A stretch of DNA of 32,000 nt from Candidatus Lokiarchaeum ossiferum (GCA_025839675.1 CP104013.1:5340001-5372000); one strand, 5' to 3'. Shown: positions 9,100 to 16,720, counted from the first letter of the stretch. Translations and numbers: made by a program. Notes: generated by a model from the letters alone, not told the origin.

Positions 9100-9378
9100 A
9101 TGGAAGATCAGTGTTGTGAAGTGTGTTGTGGAACTGGATTTGCAAAAGTACAAGATTCTATACTACTCTCCCACTACTCGTTTATAACCAAAGAAAATTT
9201 GTATTCTTGCAAGAAATGCGGAGCAAAATATACAAGTTGTAAAAAATGCGGGTATATTTTAAATCGAGTTCATATTTCTTTGGATATTTTTGATTTAAAA
9301 GTGATATGTCCTTCATGTGAGACCAAAGATAATGAACTCATCCTTTGGATTCAGAAAAATTCAGAAAAAAAACCTTGA
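9100..9378 (+). CDS. small zinc-ribbon protein (4 x CxxC), paralog 2
   Basis: CEVC...CKKC...CKKC...CPSC with the same spacing and the same conserved CGAK / KCG / RVH positions as 8764..9033. Confidence 0.65.
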   Translation: MEDQCCEVCCGTGFAKVQDSILLSHYSFITKENLYSCKKCGAKYTSCKKCGYILNRVHISLDIFDLKVICPSCETKDNELILWIQKNSEKKP

Positions 9379-9425
9379 GACCGATATAATCGATATATGA
9401 TCTCAAGACAGAATTTGATGATCAC

Positions 9426-10889
9426 CTAAAATACATTTGCTATTTTCAATTTGATCATCTGTTCCGCAGAAAGATCTGTAAATCCTTTTGATTCCATCAT
9501 TTCGATAAAAGATATTGATACATCATGAATCAGCATCTCCTGTATTTGCTGTAAGGTAATAGAGGTAAATTTATTTTTCATTTTTCTTACAAATGATGGT
9601 GTAGCATTGTGAATACAAAGTTTTTTTGCTTCAATTAGTTGGAAAGTAAATTCTAATTCTTTCAATTGTTTCAGGAAGTCAATACTCACATTATGAATTG
9701 CACATCTTTGAATTTCTTCTAATGTAGAACTGGGGAAACCTAATTCTCTAATGTTTCTGATATAATCCAGAGAAACATCATGAATACGGAGATTTATTAA
9801 ATCTTCAGTTGATATATTCGTGTATCCCATATCAAAAATACCTTGAATAAAATCTACTGAAACTCCATGAATGCACATTTTTACAAATGAATTAGCACTA
9901 ATATCTGAAAAACCGAATTTGTACATTTTTTTGACCAGTTCTGGGGTGCATCCATGTATTGAAAAGTCGATATATCGATTTATTGTGAGATCTTTAAATC
10001 CAACTTCATGAAATTTGGCGATATATTCTGGAGTTACATTGTGGATTGCCATTTTTTTCAAATTTGATAATGAAATATCAGTAAACCCTAAATCCTTCAA
10101 TTTGAAAAATGTTTCCATCTTTACATTATGAATTCTTAATTTCTTAATCTCAGAAAATTCAATATTTTCAAATCCTGCTTCTTTCAGTTGTCCAATGAAG
10201 GTAGGTTCAATTGAAAAGTTTTCTGCATCAATTAGATCTGTGATGCTTAGTTCTCCAACTCCTGATGCTTTCAGTGCCCTAACTTTTTCTGGGTTAACAT
10301 TATGTATACGCATTTTAACAATTTGATTCGGAGTTGGCTGATACCCAAGATCATTCAATTCATGAATATACTGTGGGGTCACATCATGAATCTGGAACTT
10401 CACTATTTGGGATGTAGTTAAATCAAATCCCAATTCAATCCATTTTTGAATAATTGCACTTTTAACCCCATGGATAGAGAATTTAACAAGTTCATCAAGT
10501 GAGATTGTTTTATATCCGAGATTATGGATTTCTTGTATGTATTCTAAACGAACTTGATGAATTATTGATTTCACCATTAAATCATCTGAAATATTAGTGT
10601 ATCCAAAACTATTCAAACCTTCTTTATATTCTGGTTTGACATGTTTAAGGATTAATTCCTTAATTATAGATAACGTTAATTCCGTTCGTTCTAAATTTTT
10701 TATCTCAACATAAAACTCTGCAGTTACAAAATCACTTACATTGTTGATCAAATTTTCAAATGATTCTCCTTGAAAATTTCGGCTTTGAAGGTATTCACGA
10801 TCCAGCACACGTAGTGCTTTCTCTGCATCTTCTGGTGAAATTTCTCCTGAAGCGACCTTTCCTAAAATATCTAATCTATTTTGTTCCAT
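9426..10889 (-). CDS. tandem-repeat protein, about 13 x 28-29 aa 'IH[NDG]V...G[FY]' units, unknown function
   Basis: Repeats are read directly, e.g. IHGVKSAIIQKWIELGFDLTTSQIVKFQ / IHDVTPQYIHELNDLGYQPTPNQIVKMR / IHNVTPEYIAKFHEVGFKDLTINRYIDFS. The N-terminal LGKVASGEISPEDAEKALRVL is a SHOCT-like helix. Confidence 0.75.
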   Translation of the reverse strand: MEQNRLDILGKVASGEISPEDAEKALRVLDREYLQSRNFQGESFENLINNVSDFVTAEFYVEIKNLERTELTLSIIKELILKHVKPEYKEGLNSFGYTNISDDLMVKSIIHQVRLEYIQEIHNLGYKTISLDELVKFSIHGVKSAIIQKWIELGFDLTTSQIVKFQIHDVTPQYIHELNDLGYQPTPNQIVKMRIHNVNPEKVRALKASGVGELSITDLIDAENFSIEPTFIGQLKEAGFENIEFSEIKKLRIHNVKMETFFKLKDLGFTDISLSNLKKMAIHNVTPEYIAKFHEVGFKDLTINRYIDFSIHGCTPELVKKMYKFGFSDISANSFVKMCIHGVSVDFIQGIFDMGYTNISTEDLINLRIHDVSLDYIRNIRELGFPSSTLEEIQRCAIHNVSIDFLKQLKELEFTFQLIEAKKLCIHNATPSFVRKMKNKFTSITLQQIQEMLIHDVSISFIEMMESKGFTDLSAEQMIKLKIANVF

Positions 10890-11186
10890 TTTTTACTCAC
10901 ATACCTTCAATCATTGTGGGGTTAGATGACACTGCCATCTATATTTGTTAGAAGCCTTGATGTCGGAGTAAAATTTATCCACCAATTCCTCGAACCAATG
11001 ATCGATTAAGAGAGTATCATCATTTTGAATATAAAAATGTTTAGCATTTCTATCAGAAATTAGTTCTATTTGATAGTAGGAATCATGGTAAGCATGTAAT
11101 TTATTTACTCAAATTTGGGTAAATTACCTTCATTTAGTTCTTAAAATTGAGTAATCTTTTTATATATTGTGAGTATTGATATTCTT

Positions 11187-11867
11187 ATGAGTAATTTATC
11201 TCTAGAATCTAATGAATCTCTGGCGCCATTACGCTCTTCAGAAACAAGTAAGAAAAGCAGAATAACATTAGACATCGCAGGTGCTGCAATTTTTAGTGCA
11301 CTTTCAGTTGTATTATCATTGTTAACTACCGAAATGTTACCACGCATGGCATGGGGAATTGCATATTTTGATCCTGTTTCAATTATTTGGTTAACAGCAT
11401 TCCTTGTTTTCGGATTTCGATGTGGTATCTTTACTGCAATTATTGGCTCTATTGGATTAATGTTTTTTGATCCAACACCATTTGTTGGTCCTGTTATGAA
11501 ATTTGTTGCTACAATTTGGTTAATGATAGTTCCTTATTTCATCATTCAACTTTCAAAAAGGCGAACTTTAACGGGTCAAGATATGAAAAAAAAGAAGTTT
11601 TATATTCAAAGCGCTTTGATTGCCTGGGGAATTCGATCCGTTGTAATGATTGCTTTGAATTATTTATACATTGCTTTCGTTTTTGGTGGGGTTGAGACTA
11701 TTCCATTCTATGATATGTCTTGGATTGGATTAGGGATGATAACATCAAATATTGCCATTATTATATCTGTATTTTTGTTAAATACCATTCAAACCATTGC
11801 AGATGTATTCCTTCCCTATTGGTTAATCTTTTCAACCAAAATTTATGATCATTTTCAAATTTATTAA
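11187..11867 (+). CDS. polytopic membrane protein (weak resemblance to the ECF-transporter S-component / substrate-capture type)
   Basis: About 5-6 hydrophobic segments. The first helix LDIAGAAIFSALSVVLSLL resembles S-component N-terminal helices, which is a weak match. The track start is GTG at 11169; ATG at 11187 (MSNLSLES). Confidence 0.55.
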   Translation: MSNLSLESNESLAPLRSSETSKKSRITLDIAGAAIFSALSVVLSLLTTEMLPRMAWGIAYFDPVSIIWLTAFLVFGFRCGIFTAIIGSIGLMFFDPTPFVGPVMKFVATIWLMIVPYFIIQLSKRRTLTGQDMKKKKFYIQSALIAWGIRSVVMIALNYLYIAFVFGGVETIPFYDMSWIGLGMITSNIAIIISVFLLNTIQTIADVFLPYWLIFSTKIYDHFQIY

Positions 11868-11927
11868 TATTTTTTTCAATTCATTTTTAGACTCGTAAAA
11901 CTCTATATTTACTCTACCCTAAATTAT

Positions 11928-12785
11928 ATGATAGTAATGGGTCAAGAAAAGTTTGATGATATTGGGATTCCTTTATTTTATGTAGAACGAAGATATCCTA
12001 CTTCACGGGCCATTGAATTACATCCTGATTTAATTCCATTTTTAAAAACACGTGATCCTCCAAGAATAAATAAGGAAAGTCGGGAAGCTTTACTTCTTTA
12101 CAACTATTACGTAGCACAAGATTTATTTAATTTAACCATAGAATTTGAGAGAGATGTTGCCATTGTTCCTACACCGGTTATGCGTTATGCTTTCTTACAA
12201 CATTTAATCCATCCTAATTGTTCTATCATCGAGATTGGGACTGGTGCAAGTGCAATTATTGCCCTAATTGCAGCAAAATGTTTCAATGCTCAAGTATATG
12301 CAACAGAGATGGATCCTACCTACATTGAGTATGCAAAAAGAAATGTGAATGCAAATAAACTTGAAAATAAAATTCATGTGATCAATTCTCATGGAAAATT
12401 TCTTGATGGTGTTATTCCAGAAAATCTTAAAGTTGATTTTATTTTATCCAATCCTCCTTATTATGATAAAATATTATCCCCAAAAGTTCTTTGGGGTGGG
12501 AAAAAGCATGAATTAGTAGGAGAAGGTAGTCAAGGGGAAAATTTCATTATTTCAATGATTGAAGAAGGATGGAAATATCTAAAAACTCCTGGTTGTATCG
12601 CATTCATTATTCCAAAGACAAGAGTTGCTACTATGAATGTAATTGAAGAATTCCTTAATGAACAAGATATGGAATACGATATTATTGGAATTCTTGCAGG
12701 TAATCGGACAAGATACGTATTTAGGATCTATAAGAAATATTTTGACAGCTATTTTTCTGAATTTGATTCTAATAAAATAAGTTGA
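11928..12785 (+). CDS. SAM-dependent N6-adenine RNA methyltransferase, RlmF/METTL16-like
   Basis: Colinear with my recollection of E. coli RlmF. IVPTPVMRYAFLQHLI matches LCPPVPGRADYIHHLADLL. Motif I is IIEIGTGASAIIALIAA and motif IV is FILSNPPYY (NPPY). ELVGEGSQGENFIISMIEEG matches ELWCEGGEVTFIKKMIEES. Confidence 0.7.
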   Translation: MIVMGQEKFDDIGIPLFYVERRYPTSRAIELHPDLIPFLKTRDPPRINKESREALLLYNYYVAQDLFNLTIEFERDVAIVPTPVMRYAFLQHLIHPNCSIIEIGTGASAIIALIAAKCFNAQVYATEMDPTYIEYAKRNVNANKLENKIHVINSHGKFLDGVIPENLKVDFILSNPPYYDKILSPKVLWGGKKHELVGEGSQGENFIISMIEEGWKYLKTPGCIAFIIPKTRVATMNVIEEFLNEQDMEYDIIGILAGNRTRYVFRIYKKYFDSYFSEFDSNKIS

Positions 12786-13099
12786 TCATTTTCATCATAT
12801 TATCAAGAAATAATTTTTCTATTCATTTTTTTTTGAAGTTTTAATTGATATTTTCAAAAAAAGAGTCAAATCTTCAAATAATAATGTGGGAATAGAAATA
12901 TTTCCTAAAGCTTTATAATTTTTTGAGAAAATTTCTATCCTATCAATATGTTTTGATCAAAATTTTGGAAAATACTATGTACTTTTTTGCTAATGTTCCA
13001 AATTCATATTAAATTAATTCAAATCGAAACAAATTATTCTTAATTTTCACGGGAAATCTAATAAAATACATTTAAATTATTCAATCGCCTTTTTTGAGT

Positions 13100-13999
13100 A
13101 TGGGAATTTTTAGTTTACTTAGAAGAAAAACTAAACAAAAATCCGTATTTTTAGGATTGGATAATTCGGGAAAATCCACAATCATATCCTTTTTGAAAGA
13201 AGGTAAATTTGTCGAACATACTCCAACAATGGGAAAAGATTTGCAGAAATTGGAAATCGATGGGACCCGGTTTTTGTTGTTCGATATGGGAGGGCAATCA
13301 CATTTTAGAAAAATGTGGACTGGTGAAATGAAAGATTCAAAATGTGTAGTTTTCGTAATTGATGCTGCTGATCCTGATCGTTTTAATGAATCTAAATCCG
13401 AATTACAAAAAGTTTTACCTTTAATTGCTGGAAAAGATATGAAATTACTAATTCTTGCTAATAAGTCTGATAAACGTAATGCAATACCTTTAGATCAACT
13501 CATTGATATTTTCGAACTTAGTAATCTTCCAAATTTTGAAATAATGTCCATTTCTGCCAAAACTGGACTAAATATGGCTGATGCTTTTGTGAAATTCTAT
13601 TCGTTATTAACAGGAAAAATGTTAAAAAAAAATACAGTGACTCAAGCAATCTCTATTTTTGATCCAAGCGGTCTTCCCATAATTACTCGATCCAAATCAG
13701 ATCATGATGATAGAGATATATTGGAAGGTGGTTTTATAACTGCAATTACTCATTTTGGTAAAATGAAAAATAATGCAAATTGTATCAAATTCGAAAGTGA
13801 AAATGATGGTGTTTATGTCATAAAAAGAACAGAGAATTATATTGGGGCTTTATTATGGGATGAAAATTTGGACATTCCAATTGATGATACTGAAAGTGCC
13901 TTGGATGATCTTTTAAATCATTTAGAATCTTCTCTCAAGTTTAAAGATCACGAAGAAGTTGCATATTATGTAAGTCAGTATTGCACAAACATGATATAA
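13100..13999 (+). CDS. Arf/Sar-family small GTPase with an extra C-terminal domain of about 115 aa (Roadblock/longin-like by pattern)
   Basis: G1 is VFLGLDNSGKSTI (Sar1: LFLGLDNAGKTTL). G2 is TPTMG, G3 is LFDMGGQ, G4 is NKSD and G5 is SAK. VVFVIDAADPDRFNESKSEL matches Sar1 IVFLVDAADPERFDEARVEL. The N-terminus is MGIFSLLRRK. Residues from about 183 to the end form an additional alpha/beta module. The track start is TTG at 13094; ATG at 13100. Confidence 0.9.
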   Translation: MGIFSLLRRKTKQKSVFLGLDNSGKSTIISFLKEGKFVEHTPTMGKDLQKLEIDGTRFLLFDMGGQSHFRKMWTGEMKDSKCVVFVIDAADPDRFNESKSELQKVLPLIAGKDMKLLILANKSDKRNAIPLDQLIDIFELSNLPNFEIMSISAKTGLNMADAFVKFYSLLTGKMLKKNTVTQAISIFDPSGLPIITRSKSDHDDRDILEGGFITAITHFGKMKNNANCIKFESENDGVYVIKRTENYIGALLWDENLDIPIDDTESALDDLLNHLESSLKFKDHEEVAYYVSQYCTNMI

Positions 14000-14063
14000 T
14001 GTAAATAAGGCTAAAATTTCATCTTTTTTTTATAAATGATCAATATCAATAAGGTAAAACATT

Positions 14064-14564
14064 ATGGCAATGCTAATTTCAAAATCGATAATTACAAGTT
14101 TAGGTGGATATAGTGGTTCTAATCCAAAAATTCTTAAAGTTTTCCCCAGTTCTCCAGATTTACTCAATGAAGATGTTTTAGAAATATGTTTACCCACAGG
14201 AGCTGTGCCAAATGAATTCTTTTTAAAGGAATATCAAAAAACTAAAATTTTGATTTATACCTTTGAAATCGAAAAGGAAGAAGAACGTAATGATTTAGGA
14301 TCCATTAGTTTTGGAATTGGATCAGAAGTTGAAGTAAATAATCTGAAATCTATGATTTTATTAATTTTTAATTTTCTCAGAAGAAATAATATTCTTTCAT
14401 TTCTAATTTTAGAAAATGCTATGCCTGAAATGATAGATGCTTTAAATAACGAGGGTAAAATTCAATTTACTGATTCATATTGTATGGATATCAAGCGAGA
14501 ACTTAAAGCAAATAACATTAAGTTAGAGAAAGTAAGTAGGAAACGTAGAGGTGGAATGATTTAG
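14064..14564 (+). CDS. soluble 166-aa protein, unknown function
   Basis: ORF with no hydrophobic segments. Its stop TAG overlaps the GTG start of the next gene by 1 nt (TAGTG). No family is recognised with confidence. Confidence 0.6.
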   Translation: MAMLISKSIITSLGGYSGSNPKILKVFPSSPDLLNEDVLEICLPTGAVPNEFFLKEYQKTKILIYTFEIEKEEERNDLGSISFGIGSEVEVNNLKSMILLIFNFLRRNNILSFLILENAMPEMIDALNNEGKIQFTDSYCMDIKRELKANNIKLEKVSRKRRGGMI

Positions 14565-15217
14565 TGGCTACTTTTGAAATTGTCGTCAGGAACATATCTT
14601 CTATTTTAGGTTTACTTATATTACTCTTGCTACTAGTATTCCTTTATTTTAGGAATTTTAAGGATTTTAAAGAGTATGGTGAATGGAATTGGACACGGGT
14701 AGTTCTTTCTTTAGGAATTTTCATTAATTTCCTTGATCGACTTTTGTTTGTGATATTTTACATCTTTGATTGGAAATTTACCACAGATAGCATGATGGCG
14801 GATTCAATTTATGCCGAACCGTATTTATCTTATCTTGGTATTTTGAAAGGATATCTTGTTGTATTTGGGGCATTTTATGTGTTATATTTAAATCAGAAGG
14901 ATGAAATGTTAATTGCTCCAGTATTGCTTTATTCAGGTGCTCTAGTGCTATATTATACTGCCCAAGTCATCTTATATCATTATATCTTTATTTTTTGTGC
15001 AGGTGTAATCACTTTATTCCTTTTAAATGAGGCTGGATGGAGTATGAAAGATAATAATGCAATGGGCCTAGGTCTAATGTACGTTTTCATTTTTATTGGA
15101 GGAGTTATACCAAATGCGGTTGTTTCAAATATAATTCGTTTAGTCGCTTATCTTATTGGATTCACAATCATAACTGGAATATTCAAGATATTTAAAAACA
15201 AAGAGGAAGAAGAATAA
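14564..15217 (+). CDS. integral membrane protein, about 7 hydrophobic segments, unknown function (paralog A)
   Basis: Seven hydrophobic stretches by eye and a charged C-terminal tail, KNKEEEE. The GTG start overlaps the upstream stop, and its own stop overlaps the next ATG (TAATG). Confidence 0.7.
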   Translation: MATFEIVVRNISSILGLLILLLLLVFLYFRNFKDFKEYGEWNWTRVVLSLGIFINFLDRLLFVIFYIFDWKFTTDSMMADSIYAEPYLSYLGILKGYLVVFGAFYVLYLNQKDEMLIAPVLLYSGALVLYYTAQVILYHYIFIFCAGVITLFLLNEAGWSMKDNNAMGLGLMYVFIFIGGVIPNAVVSNIIRLVAYLIGFTIITGIFKIFKNKEEEE

Positions 15218-15879
15218 TGGTTTCAGAACAGATTTTAATGTTTGTAGAAATAGGAAATTCGCTATTTGGTTTTATTGGGATCTACTTAGCAATTAAACAG
15301 TGGAAAAAGTATAAAAATCCTGCTGATATATTCGTAGTATTAATAAACCTTCTTGCAGTTGGAGCTGTATTATTTTCAGCGTTCACATTCTTACTTATTG
15401 GGTATTTTCCAGAAATCAATCTTGCTTTCAAGATAGGTAATCTTCCTATTGAGTGGATCTTTAAGATCGGGATAAGTATGATGTATATGATATTCATGGT
15501 ATATCTGTTAGAATGGAAATTTCTTTATACTGTGCCCTTCATTGTTGGGTTATACTTTTTCTTATATGGATTTCATACTGGAAATGAAAATATCCTCAAT
15601 ATTTATCTTGGGACAATAATTTTTTCGGCTATATGGTTGATTTATAATGCAATCAAGAATAGGAGTGGATTATCTTTAGGGCTTTTTATTGTAGCTGTTT
15701 TTTATGCTATTAGTACCCTTATTAGTGATTTTCTATTTTTATACTATTTATTCCGATATTTAATGTCTATTTCACTGATTCTTGGAATTAATGGATGGTT
15801 TGAAGAAAAAATACTATATAACCGAAAAGAAGAAAAGAAAATCCAAAATACATGGATTGCTCGAGCCACCAGATCTTAA
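15217..15879 (+). CDS. integral membrane protein, about 7 hydrophobic segments, unknown function (paralog B)
   Basis: Similar length (220 vs 217 aa) and topology to paralog A. Both share a K-rich loop after TM1, an [DE]WKF motif, a GLxLGL motif and a charged tail, NRKEEKK. Confidence 0.7.
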   Translation: MVSEQILMFVEIGNSLFGFIGIYLAIKQWKKYKNPADIFVVLINLLAVGAVLFSAFTFLLIGYFPEINLAFKIGNLPIEWIFKIGISMMYMIFMVYLLEWKFLYTVPFIVGLYFFLYGFHTGNENILNIYLGTIIFSAIWLIYNAIKNRSGLSLGLFIVAVFYAISTLISDFLFLYYLFRYLMSISLILGINGWFEEKILYNRKEEKKIQNTWIARATRS

Positions 15880-16058
15880 TTTGCACATTTTTTCTTTATT
15901 TTAAAAAAAGTAATATCAATATATGGGAAAAGTGTTTTTCTTTATGTAGTCCTTCAAAATCAGGTTTTCAGTAATTTTATTACCATTACTTTGTATAGTA
16001 TTGAAAATGAAAATCTTGAAATAAGAAAAATGAATATCTAAAAAGACCGCAAAAAAGA

Positions 16059-16520
16059 TTAATTTGGACTAATTTTATCCAAATCTGACAAATCCAATCC
16101 TGCACCAATATCTTCAGGCATTTCTGATAAGAATTCGTCTAAAATATTACGTAATTCATCTCCAGATCGTTTTAATACAAGGCGAATTAACCCCAAGTTG
16201 ACATCAACATCAGAGATTAAACATAGTACCCCTTTCCCACAAGAAGCAGCAAAAATCTTCCCTCCTTCAAATTCAGAAGTGACGATCTGTAATGCTCCTA
16301 ATTCTAAATTTCTTCCTTGTTCTTCTGATGCGCAGAAAACTGCACTTGCGATGGCTCCAATGCCATCAACATCCATTGGAATATATGAGAACTTGGAAAC
16401 ATGAGCAATTGTTAAACCGGTTCGATCAACCAAAATGACCTTTTTGATACCGGATTCGGATTTAATAATTTTACTGAGGATTACATTAAATGATTTAGTT
16501 GAAAGTGCCATAATTTTCAT
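16059..16520 (-). CDS. Roadblock/LC7 (MglB-like) domain protein
   Basis: GIKKVILVDRTGLTIAHV...GAIASAVFCASEEQGRNLELGALQIVTSEFEGGKIFAASCGKGVLCLISDVDVNLGLIRLVLKR matches the Robl_LC7 pattern (xxVxlvDxdGlxia ... ANlGlvr). It also has an acidic C-terminal tail. Confidence 0.85.
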   Translation of the reverse strand: MKIMALSTKSFNVILSKIIKSESGIKKVILVDRTGLTIAHVSKFSYIPMDVDGIGAIASAVFCASEEQGRNLELGALQIVTSEFEGGKIFAASCGKGVLCLISDVDVNLGLIRLVLKRSGDELRNILDEFLSEMPEDIGAGLDLSDLDKISPN

Positions 16521-16720
16521 CCTATTTTGATTATGAAGAATCGGAAAGTTTTAGAGACTCTGCTTCCAGAAATCTTCTTCCTAATTATTAAAATCAATAT
16601 ATAACCTTATAAAATTTTGCAGATAATTTGGGTGTGAAATATTGGAATAAAAAAGAAATTGATTATTCTAAGAATTGAATAACCAAGGATATCCATTATA
16701 TAAAATCAATTTCCTTTTCC

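Noticed and set aside
9429-10570. An 84-87-bp periodicity that could superficially suggest a CRISPR-like or satellite array.
   Set aside because: The periodicity is at the protein level, inside one continuous ORF. The units are diverged in DNA sequence and lack a conserved-repeat, variable-spacer structure.
14024-14031. A T8 tract between the GTPase gene and the downstream 166-aa gene, considered as a definitive operon boundary.
   Set aside because: T6-T8 runs are frequent in this AT-rich sequence, including inside genes, so a terminator cannot be called with confidence. It is kept as a caveat on co-transcription rather than as a feature.
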